A stretch of DNA of 64,000 bases, from the NCBI GenBank assembly GCA_039715015.1, contig JBDLIE010000009.1, positions 11,663 through 75,662 of the forward strand, read 5' to 3'. Below the pieces are notes generated by a model, which was not told the DNA's origin, made no database searches, and saw nothing but the letters and a program-made list of their open reading frames with translations. A program made the position numbers and the translations under genes. Shown here piece by piece: positions 46,922-56,389 of this stretch (the first letter of the stretch is position 1; every line of letters begins with the position of its first letter). Source of the stretch: Thermodesulfobacteriota bacterium (GTDB lineage: Bacteria; Desulfobacterota; Desulfobulbia; Desulfobulbales; SURF-16).

Positions 46922-48178
46922 ATGTCCATCGAACAAACCATCAAAGACATGGCTGTGCAGGCCAAGAAGGCGGCGCACTCCATGTCTATTTTATCTACAG
47001 AGCAGAAGAATAATGTTTTAAGCCGCATGGCTGACGCCCTGGCCGAACAAAAGGTCTATATTCAGGCCGAAAATGCCAAGGACCTTGAGGCTGGTGAGGC
47101 CAAGGGCCTGGCTGCAGCCATGCTTGACCGTCTTCATCTTTCTGACCAGGTGATGGATTCCATGATCGCTGGTCTGCGCGAGGTCATTGCTCTGCCTGAC
47201 CCGGTTGGTGAGATTAATGATATGGTCAGGCGGCCAAGCGGTATCACCGTGGGCCGGATGCGTATCCCCTTGGGGGTTATTGGCATGATCTACGAGTCGC
47301 GCCCTAATGTTACGGTGGATGCGGCTGCTTTATGCCTTAAGGCCGGTAATGCCATTTTGCTGCGCGGTGGTTCTGAGGCCATCCATTCCAACCTGGCCCT
47401 GGCCAAGGTTCTCCAGGACGCCCTTGGAGCTGAGAAGGTCGACCCCGCCGCTATCCAGGTCATACCCACCACGGATCGGGACGCAGTCACCTTTATGCTC
47501 CAGCTCGAAGAGCAGATTGACCTCATCATTCCCCGCGGCGGCGAGGGGTTGATTCGTTTTGTTGCTGAGACCTCGCGTATTCCTGTGCTCAAACATTATA
47601 AAGGCGTCTGTCATGTTTTTATTGATGACAGCGCCCAGATTGATATGGGGGTTGCTATTGTCATGAACGGCAAGGTGCAGCGCCCCGGTGTCTGCAATGC
47701 CTTGGAGACCCTGCTTGTCCATAAGGATATTGCTGCAGACTTTTTGCCGGCAGTGGCCAAGGAGCTTTTTGCTGCCGGAGTGGAGATCCGCGGCTGTGAG
47801 CAGACCTGCAAGATCGTGGCAGATGCCAAGCCTGCCAGCCCGGAAGATTGGCCCATGGAGTTTCTCGAACTTATCCTGGCCGTCAAGGTGGTTGATGATA
47901 TGGACGGCGCCATGGCCCATATCAGGGAGTACGGCTCCCAGCATACCGAGGTGATCGTTACTGAAAATTACAGCCATGGCCAGCGTTTCATTCGCGAGGT
48001 AGACGCCTCGGCTGTGATGATTAACGCCTCCACCCGCTTTTCTGATGGTGGCGAGTTTGGTCTGGGCGCTGAGATCGGCATCTCCACCACCAAGCTCCAT
48101 GCTTACGGACCTATGGGTCTTAAGGAGCTGACCACCAAGAAGTTCATCGTCTATGGTGATGGCCAAGTCAGGGTGTGA
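46922..48178 (+). CDS. proA: Gamma-glutamyl phosphate reductase
   Basis: IYESRPNVT, IPRGG, CNALETL, NASTRFSDG, GISTTKLHAYGP. Confidence 0.97.
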   Translation: MSIEQTIKDMAVQAKKAAHSMSILSTEQKNNVLSRMADALAEQKVYIQAENAKDLEAGEAKGLAAAMLDRLHLSDQVMDSMIAGLREVIALPDPVGEINDMVRRPSGITVGRMRIPLGVIGMIYESRPNVTVDAAALCLKAGNAILLRGGSEAIHSNLALAKVLQDALGAEKVDPAAIQVIPTTDRDAVTFMLQLEEQIDLIIPRGGEGLIRFVAETSRIPVLKHYKGVCHVFIDDSAQIDMGVAIVMNGKVQRPGVCNALETLLVHKDIAADFLPAVAKELFAAGVEIRGCEQTCKIVADAKPASPEDWPMEFLELILAVKVVDDMDGAMAHIREYGSQHTEVIVTENYSHGQRFIREVDASAVMINASTRFSDGGEFGLGAEIGISTTKLHAYGPMGLKELTTKKFIVYGDGQVRV

Positions 48179-48254
48179 CAGGCTATTGAGAAATGTCACG
48201 AGCAGTAGAAAGGCCAGGAAAAAATGGCCGAAAACGCGCAGTTTACTTAAGTAA

Positions 48255-48974
48255 ATGAGCATTTTGAGAACATTTTTAACGCAGAATTTCTGCTGCGCAG
48301 TAGTTTCTCAACAGCCTGCTAGGCGCCTCGGTATCCTCGGGGGCACCTTTGATCCCGTCCACCTGGGCCACTTTGCTGTGGCCCAGGCAGCTCTGGATAG
48401 CCTGGTCCTGGACCAGGTTCTCTTTATTCCCTCCTTCAAACCGCCCCATAAAACAGAGCGTGCCATCACCCCCTTTGCCCAGCGCCTTGCCATGCTGAAG
48501 CTGGCCCTTGCTGGCCATCCTGCATTCCAAGTCTCAGATCTTGAGGGAGAACGACAGGATTTTTCCTATACCATTGATACTCTGCAGGAATTACGTAAAC
48601 GCCTTGGTGGGGAGACAACGCTTTATTTTTTGATGGGTTTTGATGCCTTTGTGGAAATGGCGACCTGGAAACAATACCGGGATATTCCCAGGTTTGCCGA
48701 TATCGTAGTCATTAACCGGCCCCATTCGCAGCATGGCACCATGGCTTTGGCGGTACAGGATGTTTTTGGTATCCAGGGCGGGATTTTTCAGAAGGAGGAA
48801 GGGCAGTGGCAGCTCACAACCGGCGGCCTCATCCATGAGCTGGTTATGGATGAGGTGCCTGTCTCCTCCTCAGCTATTCGCCAGGCCCTTTCTGCCGGCG
48901 AGGATGTTACTGCCATGCTCCACCCTATGGTTTCTTCCTATATCAAAGAAAATAGCCTTTATGTTACGGGCTAG
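48255..48974 (+). CDS. nadD: Nicotinate-nucleotide adenylyltransferase
   Basis: GGTFDPVHLGH, PPHK, SYTIDT, SSSAIR. Start uncertain. Confidence 0.93.
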   Translation: MSILRTFLTQNFCCAVVSQQPARRLGILGGTFDPVHLGHFAVAQAALDSLVLDQVLFIPSFKPPHKTERAITPFAQRLAMLKLALAGHPAFQVSDLEGERQDFSYTIDTLQELRKRLGGETTLYFLMGFDAFVEMATWKQYRDIPRFADIVVINRPHSQHGTMALAVQDVFGIQGGIFQKEEGQWQLTTGGLIHELVMDEVPVSSSAIRQALSAGEDVTAMLHPMVSSYIKENSLYVTG

Positions 48975-49034
48975 ATCTTTTTGTTCGCTTATCATCCCAA
49001 CTTATTTGTAAAACACCCCTCTTAAACTTTTGCC

Positions 49035-51164
49035 TCAGCTTTCCGTGTCGTTGGAATCAGCCGGTGTCGGGCCAGGGAGCCTGAACTGTGTGCTGTCACT
49101 TCCAGGCAGGGCCGGGGAACCGGACAGAGCGCTTGTTCTTCCAGCACCGTCAACAATGGCCTGGAGTTCTCCCACAACTTCCATCATTGAGGCGGCTTGG
49201 GCGTTAAGTTCCTCCGATGCTGCCGCAGATTCCTCAGCTGATGCCGAGTTCTGCTGGGTAACGCTGTCCATTTGCGTAATGGCTTGATTGATCTGGCTGA
49301 AACCTTGGGACTGCTCCTGGGAGGCGTTGGCAATCCCTTCCACCAGAGTGCCGACCTTAATGCTACTTTCCGCCACCTCTTTAAATGCCTCAGTGGTTTG
49401 AGTAACAATGTCTTTGCCTGAATTGACCTTCTGAACGGTTCCCTCAATGAGCTCCGCAGTGTCTTTTGCCGCCTCAGTGGCCCGCATGGCAAGGTTTCTG
49501 ACTTCATCGGCCACCACGGCAAAACCAGCACCCGCCTCACCGGCCCGGGCCGCCTCAACCGCGGCGTTTAAGGCCAGTAGGTTGGTCTGAAAGGCAATCT
49601 CATCAATGGTTTTGATGATTTTGGAGGTGGCCTCGCTCGCAGAGGCGATCTCCTCCATGGATTTCTTCATTTCTGCCATTGACTGGTCAGTACCTCGAAT
49701 AATCTCTGAGGCATCCCGCATTAGCGTATCTGCCTGGGAGGCGTTATCGGCGTTTTGTTTGGTCATCGAAGACATCTCCTCCATGGAAGCAGAAGTCTCC
49801 TCAATGGAAGCTGCCTGGTTGGCGGCACCTCCTGCCAGGTCCTGGCTGGCGCCGGAAACCTGACCGGATGCGGCGGAAACCTGCTCAGCCCCCGAAGTCA
49901 GCCAGTGTACAGTCTTTTTGATAGGATTGGTGATGGAACGGCTGATGAAAAAGGAGAACATGATGCCCACCAACAGGGTGACTGCTCCAGAAGTTATTGC
50001 CACCCGTGACAGGGAGGTGGACATTTTTGTGATCTGGTTCGTGGAGATAAGGGTCTCTTCGGCAGCCACGTTATGGACATTGTCAATAATCGGCTCGATT
50101 TTATGGACTGCCTCTCGCATTCGAGCCGTGGCACTCTTTATTTGGTCTTTTTGGGCGACCAAACCGTCAAAGGCCTTTTGGTAGACGTCGAGCTGCGCAT
50201 TGGTTGCGTTAACGTGTTCCGGCAGAATGCCGGCCTTTTCAATGGTCGTACGAAGTTTGGCAATGGCCTTGTGGGTTTTTTCCACATATTTTTGCTCTCC
50301 CCTGAGCAGATAGTCCTTCTCCTGCTTGCGGATATCTAACAGCATGGCTGTCGTTCCAGAGACGCGAACTGAATTAATGGCTTTAGCCATGGCATGGGCG
50401 GCCGCCCGCATGACCTTATAATGTTTGCTTCGTTCAGTGTTGTTTTTGGCCGCCATCCAGGGGCCGCTGGCTTTTGCATAAGTGGCAAAGGCATTTTGTT
50501 GGGCCTTTTTGGCAACAGGTTCACAGGTGCTGGTGCCAAGCAGCATCTCATACTGAGCCATGGCCTCATTGAGCTTGTTTTTATAAGAGCTGCTTTTTTT
50601 CTGATTGCCGATTGAGCGTAGAAAATCTTTTTCGTAGCGCCGTATCTGCAACAGGGCAATCATGAGTTCGTCAATATTATGCTCAGGTATATCGCTGCTC
50701 AGTCTGTGGGCAGCGGCGCGAAATTCACCCTGCAGCCCTGATTTATGGTCCAGCCCTGCATGTTGCTGGGCCGCCACTAACTGCGCAAAACTGTCCTGGT
50801 ATTCCTTGGCAAGAGCGATGACTTTAACGGCCTCCTTTGCCCTTTGCATGTTACTTTCATGTTCCGATATCTTTTGCATAGACTGGGCGCTTTCAATAAG
50901 CCCGGTAATATTTTTGCTATGCTTGTCGAGATATTTTAGGTCACTGCGCAGCAGGAAGTCTTTTTCATTCCTGCGGGCTTGTAACATGTATGCCTTTGCC
51001 TCTCCTGCATGGTTGAGTAGTGCGACATCACCATTAATGAGACCTTTAAAGCCGGAAGAAGTCTTGCTTGAAGATGTTTGATAGATGGTCATGATGAGGA
51101 GCATCAACAAAAGAACAACACCAAAGCCGCCGATAATTTTCATGCTCAATTTTAAACTTTTCAA
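49035..51164 (-). CDS. Methyl-accepting chemotaxis protein with a large helical periplasmic sensor
   Basis: Two TM segments; [34 protein letters not shown] signalling tip; TTG start after AGGAG. Confidence 0.95.
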   Translation of the reverse strand: MKSLKLSMKIIGGFGVVLLLMLLIMTIYQTSSSKTSSGFKGLINGDVALLNHAGEAKAYMLQARRNEKDFLLRSDLKYLDKHSKNITGLIESAQSMQKISEHESNMQRAKEAVKVIALAKEYQDSFAQLVAAQQHAGLDHKSGLQGEFRAAAHRLSSDIPEHNIDELMIALLQIRRYEKDFLRSIGNQKKSSSYKNKLNEAMAQYEMLLGTSTCEPVAKKAQQNAFATYAKASGPWMAAKNNTERSKHYKVMRAAAHAMAKAINSVRVSGTTAMLLDIRKQEKDYLLRGEQKYVEKTHKAIAKLRTTIEKAGILPEHVNATNAQLDVYQKAFDGLVAQKDQIKSATARMREAVHKIEPIIDNVHNVAAEETLISTNQITKMSTSLSRVAITSGAVTLLVGIMFSFFISRSITNPIKKTVHWLTSGAEQVSAASGQVSGASQDLAGGAANQAASIEETSASMEEMSSMTKQNADNASQADTLMRDASEIIRGTDQSMAEMKKSMEEIASASEATSKIIKTIDEIAFQTNLLALNAAVEAARAGEAGAGFAVVADEVRNLAMRATEAAKDTAELIEGTVQKVNSGKDIVTQTTEAFKEVAESSIKVGTLVEGIANASQEQSQGFSQINQAITQMDSVTQQNSASAEESAAASEELNAQAASMMEVVGELQAIVDGAGRTSALSGSPALPGSDSTQFRLPGPTPADSNDTES

Positions 51165-51414
51165 AATCTCTTCTCCTGCCTATTTTTTTGTAATACCGTA
51201 TATTGTGAATAGTGAAATTTTCTAATTACCTGCAGGGGCGAATGTTTCCATTATATGGATGTTTGCATTTCCAAGTCAAATTACTTTGTAAGAAAAAAGT
51301 TAAATAGGGCTGGGGGCAGAATCCCAGAAAGGTTGGGATCGAAAGAGAATTTAGAAAGATCTGAGAGTATCGCGGCAGCCGGGAAATTTTTTGCCAAATA
51401 TTGCAATCTGGAAC

Positions 51415-51430
51415 GGCAATTTCCCTGCCA
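51415..51430 (-). promoter_or_regulatory. Candidate sigma54 promoter of the MCP gene
   Basis: Minus strand TGGCAGGGAAATTGCC, GG-N10-GC, about 250 nt upstream of the start. Confidence 0.5.
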
Positions 51431-51675
51431 CGCATAGAGCACATGATGAGCAGAGAGTCGAAAGGCACTTGCATCAAGCGCCTCGACTAATGTTTCTGGA
51501 AAAAGAAGGGGCGGCACGGGCAGTTGCCTGGCTGATTAATGAAACCCTGGTCCTTATTTAGATACGCTGTGCATGGGTAAGGGCTAGATTGCTCAGGGTC
51601 AGATTGATATCAGGCCCTTAGGGAGCCGTGAAGAAAAATAGAAGGGGTGGAGAAAGAGTTGTTCTCCACAACATA

Positions 51676-52416
51676 TCAGCGCATGGTGTCGCTGAGCACC
51701 TCGGCGTAAGCAGAGTGCTTGTGGATCGACTCGAAGCTTTCGACACCGGCTGAGAACCAGAGGATGTCCGGGTGGTTGTCAGCGGCCTGGGCCACCTTGC
51801 GTACAGCATCTTCAACAAACATCGGGTTTTCGTAGGCGGTTTCGGTGACGTATTTTTCATCTGGTCTCTTCAGCAAAGAATAGACCTCGCAGGAGGCGCT
51901 CTGCTCCACCATGGTGATCAGGTCCTCCACCCAGATAAAATTCTTGAATTTGACGTTGAGGTTGATCTCGGCCCGTTGGTTATGGGCCCCGTAGTTACTG
52001 ATCTCCTTTGAACATGGACAGAGAGTGGTGGTGGGCACCCAGATCGACATGAGCAGATCGTCGCAGGCATCGCCAATGGAGCCGGTAAAGCGGCAGGTGT
52101 ACTCCATGAGACCGGGGGTCTTGGTAACCGGGGCTTTTTTCTCGATAAAATAGGGAAAGGTCATCTCAAGCTGGGCAGATTCAGCCTGAAGCTCCTCTTT
52201 TACCTCGCGCAGCAACTGCGGAAAGATCTCCACCGAGATGTCATTCTGGTATTTCTTCAAAACACTGAGAAAGGTGGGCACGCAGTTCTGGCGAAAGCGG
52301 CGGGGCAGGTTGACCTGCAGGGTGATAGACGCCACAGTGTCCTGGCGACCGCCTGCCATCTCCCGTATTTTAACGGGGAAACGGATATTTTTGATGCCAA
52401 CAGCTTTCAGATTCAT
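51676..52416 (-). CDS. folE2: GTP cyclohydrolase IB (FolE2) family, divergent
   Basis: TTLCPCSKEIS, GAHNQR, LKRPDEKYVTE, NPMFVED, ESIHKHSAYA. Confidence 0.88.
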   Translation of the reverse strand: MNLKAVGIKNIRFPVKIREMAGGRQDTVASITLQVNLPRRFRQNCVPTFLSVLKKYQNDISVEIFPQLLREVKEELQAESAQLEMTFPYFIEKKAPVTKTPGLMEYTCRFTGSIGDACDDLLMSIWVPTTTLCPCSKEISNYGAHNQRAEINLNVKFKNFIWVEDLITMVEQSASCEVYSLLKRPDEKYVTETAYENPMFVEDAVRKVAQAADNHPDILWFSAGVESFESIHKHSAYAEVLSDTMR

Positions 52417-52559
52417 AGCGCTTCTTCTTTACCGTGTTTTCCGGCAATGGCCAATCTTTTATTTTCCCTCTTTGGCCTGCTGCTGCTATTTTTGCGTGTT
52501 TGAGATGGCAGCTAAATGTGGTAGTATGCAGGCCCTTGTCCAGGGAGGGGAAGCAGGAG

Positions 52560-52958
52560 ATGGTTGCTGAGGAAAATAACAAGGTCAGGATCGATAAATG
52601 GTTGTGGGCCGCCCGTTTTTTTAAGACGCGCTCCCTGGCCGCCAAGGCTGTGAGCGGCGGTAAGGTGCATCTTAATGAGGCCCGGGTCAAGGCCGCCAGG
52701 CCGGTTGCTGTTGGCGACAGGCTGCGCATCAACCGCAATAATATTGAATTTGTGGTGGATATTTTGGCATTGGCCGAAAAACGAGGTCCTGCCAAAGTGG
52801 CCCAGACTCTCTATCAGGAAACTGAGGAGAGCCTTCGCTGTCGCGAGGAGGTCCGCTCGCAGAAAAAGGTTGAACGGCAGGTTTCTGCCGGCATGGTACC
52901 GCCGAAACGACCCGGCAAGAGAGACCGGCGCCTGATTAAGAAATTTGTCCGCAAATAA
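52560..52958 (+). CDS. hslR: Ribosome-associated heat shock protein Hsp15 (S4 domain)
   Basis: RIDKWLWAARFFKTRSLA, RGPAKVAQTLYQET, RPGKRDRR. Confidence 0.93.
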   Translation: MVAEENNKVRIDKWLWAARFFKTRSLAAKAVSGGKVHLNEARVKAARPVAVGDRLRINRNNIEFVVDILALAEKRGPAKVAQTLYQETEESLRCREEVRSQKKVERQVSAGMVPPKRPGKRDRRLIKKFVRK

Positions 52959-53035
52959 CGTTCCTTGCGGTTTTTTTAAATCGTAACTTGGCATTGATGC
53001 CAAAATAGCAATAAAATAAGAAGAGGAAGGAGAGA

Positions 53036-53650
53036 ATGAAAAAAGCAGAAAGGGCAATAATCAGCCTGACCGATAAGTCTGGAATCGAAGGTTTTGCACG
53101 TGAGCTTGAGGGTCTTGGTATTGAGATTCTGTCCACCGGCGGTACTGCCAAGAAGATGCGCGATGAGGGTATCAAGGTTATGGACGTCTCTGAGTTTACC
53201 GGTTTCCCGGAAATGCTTGACGGCCGGGTAAAGACTCTGCATCCCAAGGTGCACGGTGGAATCCTGGCCCAAAAGAGCAATGCCGACCATCTGGCCCAGA
53301 TGAAGGAACATGGTCTGGAGGCCATCGATATTGTCGCTGTTAATCTCTACGCCTTTGAAAAGACCGTGGCCGACCCGAGTTGCACCCTGGCCAATGCCAT
53401 TGAGAATATTGATATTGGCGGCCCCACCATGCTGCGTGCCGCAGCCAAGAATTATGCCGATGTAACGGTTATTGTTGATCCGGCTGATTACCCCACTGTG
53501 ATCAGCGAGATCAAGGAGACTGGCAACACCACCTTGAAGACCCGTTTTAAGCTGGCCCGCAAGGTCTTTGCCCTGACCTCGGCCTATGATACGGCCATTA
53601 TCAACTGGCTGGATAAGGTCGATGCCGACAGTCATCCTGAGCTGGGCTAA
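53036..53650 (+). CDS. Stand-alone IMP cyclohydrolase (N-terminal/MGS-like half of PurH)
   Basis: [34 protein letters not shown]; clean stop at 204 aa with no transformylase domain. Confidence 0.9.
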   Translation: MKKAERAIISLTDKSGIEGFARELEGLGIEILSTGGTAKKMRDEGIKVMDVSEFTGFPEMLDGRVKTLHPKVHGGILAQKSNADHLAQMKEHGLEAIDIVAVNLYAFEKTVADPSCTLANAIENIDIGGPTMLRAAAKNYADVTVIVDPADYPTVISEIKETGNTTLKTRFKLARKVFALTSAYDTAIINWLDKVDADSHPELG

Positions 53651-53664
53651 GAGCAAGTATGACC

Positions 53665-53697
53665 ACCGGGAGGCCGGAAGTTTTTCGGCCTCCCGGT
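53665..53697. terminator. GC-rich hairpin between IMP cyclohydrolase and purN
   Basis: ACCGGGAGGCCG/CGGCCTCCCGGT perfect stem with only a weak U-tract. Confidence 0.55.
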
Positions 53698-53733
53698 TAT
53701 AAGATCGACCAATAAAATGTGGAGACGACCATA

Positions 53734-54330
53734 ATGAGAATGGGAGTACTGCTTTCCGGTAGCGGAAGGACCCTGGATAATTTCCATGAGCGCATTGGTG
53801 CTGGCACCATGCAGGGTTCCATTGAGGTGGTGGTGTCCAATGTCAAGGATGTCCTTGGCCTGCAAAAGGCGGAAAAATATGGCTACCCAGCCTTCCATGC
53901 CCAGGACAATGGGGCCATCAACAAGATTCTCCTGGACCATGACGTTGAGCTGGTGCTGCTGGCTGGTTATCTCAAGCTCTATGAACCACCGGCCTCCCTT
54001 CTTCGTAATGTCATTAATATCCACCCCTCTCTGATTCCCGCATTCTGCGGCAGCGGATTTTACGGCATGCATGTTCATCGCGCTGCTAAGGCGCGGGGGG
54101 TCAAGGTAACCGGCTGTACGGTCCATTTTGCCAATGAGGTCTATGATGAAGGGCCGATCATCGTCCAGCAATGCGTAGATATTGCCGATGATGACACGCC
54201 TGATGATATTGCCCATAACGTTTTTGCCAAGGAATGCGAGGCCTTTCCCGAGGCCATTAACCGTGTTCATGAGCTTGGCATTGATTATTTCTGGCAGCGT
54301 GTGGGCCAGAACAAGGAGGAGCGGCGATGA
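53734..54330 (+). CDS. purN: Phosphoribosylglycinamide formyltransferase family
   Basis: LLSGSGRT, LAGYL, NIHPSL, TGCTVH, YDEGPII. Confidence 0.9.
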   Translation: MRMGVLLSGSGRTLDNFHERIGAGTMQGSIEVVVSNVKDVLGLQKAEKYGYPAFHAQDNGAINKILLDHDVELVLLAGYLKLYEPPASLLRNVINIHPSLIPAFCGSGFYGMHVHRAAKARGVKVTGCTVHFANEVYDEGPIIVQQCVDIADDDTPDDIAHNVFAKECEAFPEAINRVHELGIDYFWQRVGQNKEERR

Positions 54331-54872
54331 CCAAACGCTCTATCATCATGACAGCCCAGGATGTTGACCGTTCTCTGCAGCGTATGGCCCTGCAGATCAT
54401 GGAGACCAACCGTGGTGTGGACAAACTTGCCCTGGTGGGCATCCATACCGGCGGGGTTTTTCTGGCTGACCGGATCAAACAGATCATAGGCCACCAGGAA
54501 CAGCGCGAGCTTGAGGTTGGCTATCTTGATATCACCTTGTATCGCGATGACTGGTCCCAGATCAGCCAGCTACCCATTGTTAAAACAACGGATATCCCCT
54601 TTACCGTCCAGGGTTGGACCATTGTTCTCATTGATGATGTCCTCTACTCTGGCCGGACGGTACGGGCTGCCTTGGACGCCATCATGGATCTTGGCCGGCC
54701 CCGTTCCATTCAGCTCGGTGTGTTGATCAATAGAAAATGCGGGCGTGAGATACCCATCCAGGCCAATTATGCAGGTTTGGATGTTCTGGAAAGCCAGAAC
54801 GAACATGTTTATGTTTTGTTAAAGGAAAAGGCAGGCTGCGACGAGGTGATCCTGGAGAGTAAAGAAGATTAG
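54327..54872 (+). CDS. pyrR: PyrR (pyrimidine regulator / uracil phosphoribosyltransferase)
   Basis: LDITLYRDD, DDVLYSGRTVRAA, REIPIQANY. Confidence 0.93.
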   Translation: MTKRSIIMTAQDVDRSLQRMALQIMETNRGVDKLALVGIHTGGVFLADRIKQIIGHQEQRELEVGYLDITLYRDDWSQISQLPIVKTTDIPFTVQGWTIVLIDDVLYSGRTVRAALDAIMDLGRPRSIQLGVLINRKCGREIPIQANYAGLDVLESQNEHVYVLLKEKAGCDEVILESKED

Positions 54873-54926
54873 ATAAAGGTTTTTGTTGTGCAGTAGTTTT
54901 CAAACAGCATACTAGAGAGAATTTCC

Positions 54927-56297
54927 ATGGCAGATCAAGGTGAAAAGGATGGTGACACCTCCCACTTGATTCAAGAGCGGATCAAGAGTAAGCGGGAGGA
55001 TTACACACGCTATAAATTTACCGATGATCAGAACAATATTCTCAAAACCTTTTTTGACCTTGCCCAGGAGTATGACTCGCTGGTGGAGTTTTACACCATC
55101 TCCGTTTTTATCCTCCCGCAGTACATGGATGTTATCTGTCGCCTCTATCTAAAGAGTGATGACGGAACCCTGCAGCTCGTCCAGGCCAGTGACAGGGAGT
55201 CCCTCGCTACTCCTCAGCCAGCTCCTGCATCAATGCAGCAGATTTCAAAGGTTACTGCCCATGACAATAGCCTGCTGCTTCCTATCTTTCTTGGTATTCC
55301 GAATGGTGAAAGAAAGGAAAGTTCCGGGGTCTTCGAGGTTGTTTCTGCACAGAAAATTTCCAAGCAGGTTCGGTTTTTTTTGGAAAAATTTACCAACCGC
55401 ATAGCTGTTTCTCTTACCGGCAAATTAGCGGCCCATCAGAATATCAAGCATATTGAGTTTGTGAATAGTTTGGTCACTGACATCGAGCATAATGTCATTA
55501 TTCCCAATATGTATTTCAAACATCTCTTCAACAAGTTGCGGCGAAAGATTGAAGATATGAGTGATCTGGAGCAGCAGATCAAGGCCATGAAAGAGGCCAT
55601 GGGTATGACCGGTAATGATTCCTGCCAGCTCATTGTTGATAAGGTGTCTTCCCTCCATAATTCCCTTGAAGATTACCACCAGGAGCTTGAGAAGCATCAT
55701 AAGAGCAGCAGCCTCTTTATCGAAAGCCTCTTCCGGCGTGATCATTTTGCCCGGGGTGAATTGGTTCTGCGGACCCGGAAATGTGTTGTGGCTGAGGAAA
55801 TTATCGCTCCCCAGCTTGAGCATTATGCCAGGCGCCTGCTCCATCTCGGGGTCGAGATTGATCACCCAGAGGATATGCGTGATGAGGAGATAGTTCTGCA
55901 GGTAGATGTGGGACTGTTGTCCCAGGTCTATGCCAACCTGTTTTCAAACGCCCTGAAATACACCGAGGCCGTGGCCGTGGATGGTGGCAAGAAGGAGCGC
56001 AAGGCCCTGGCCTATGGCCGTGAATATGTCAAGGGTTGTTGTGGGCCTAAGGTTGACGGGGTCAAGTTTAACGTCTTTACCACCGGCAATCATATTCCCC
56101 CGTCTGATGCAGAGAATATTTTCGATGAGGGTTTTCGGGGCAACAATGTTCGGGGCCAGAGCGGTACAGGCCACGGCCTAAGTTTTATCAAGCAGGTTGT
56201 CGAGATCCATGGCGGCTTGGTGGGATATGAGCCGGTTCTCCATGGTAATAATTTCTGGTTTTCCCTGCCATTGCCGGAGAAAGAAAACAACACCTAA
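54927..56297 (+). CDS. Cytoplasmic sensor histidine kinase (orphan)
   Basis: N box NLFSNALKY, IFDEGF, G2 GTGHGLS, HGG; atypical H-box DIEHNVIIP; no TM segment. Confidence 0.82.
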   Translation: MADQGEKDGDTSHLIQERIKSKREDYTRYKFTDDQNNILKTFFDLAQEYDSLVEFYTISVFILPQYMDVICRLYLKSDDGTLQLVQASDRESLATPQPAPASMQQISKVTAHDNSLLLPIFLGIPNGERKESSGVFEVVSAQKISKQVRFFLEKFTNRIAVSLTGKLAAHQNIKHIEFVNSLVTDIEHNVIIPNMYFKHLFNKLRRKIEDMSDLEQQIKAMKEAMGMTGNDSCQLIVDKVSSLHNSLEDYHQELEKHHKSSSLFIESLFRRDHFARGELVLRTRKCVVAEEIIAPQLEHYARRLLHLGVEIDHPEDMRDEEIVLQVDVGLLSQVYANLFSNALKYTEAVAVDGGKKERKALAYGREYVKGCCGPKVDGVKFNVFTTGNHIPPSDAENIFDEGFRGNNVRGQSGTGHGLSFIKQVVEIHGGLVGYEPVLHGNNFWFSLPLPEKENNT

Positions 56298-56326
56298 ATT
56301 TGAAATGACCCTTGTTATGGTTTGAG

Positions 56327-56362
56327 GAGCGCGTTGCAGAGGGGATTCTGTGGCGCGCTTTC
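56327..56362 (+). terminator. Hairpin/terminator after the kinase
   Basis: GAGCGCG-TTGCAGA/TCTGTGG-CGCGCTT stem followed by a T-rich tract. Confidence 0.55.
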
Positions 56363-56389
56363 TGGTTTTAAGTATTTATTTGGAAAATT

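Noticed and set aside
51310..51346. GGCAGAATCCCAGAAAGGTTGGGATCGAAAG, loosely like a c-di-GMP-I riboswitch
   Set aside because: It is on the strand opposite the MCP gene and lacks the GGCAAA/GACGCAAAG core and the second stem.
52959..53035. Possible ZTP (pfl) riboswitch before the purH half-gene
   Set aside because: The region is short and AT-rich with none of the conserved elements.
53036..53650. Short purH as a pseudogene
   Set aside because: It ends cleanly at the domain boundary with intact motifs and no downstream remnant.
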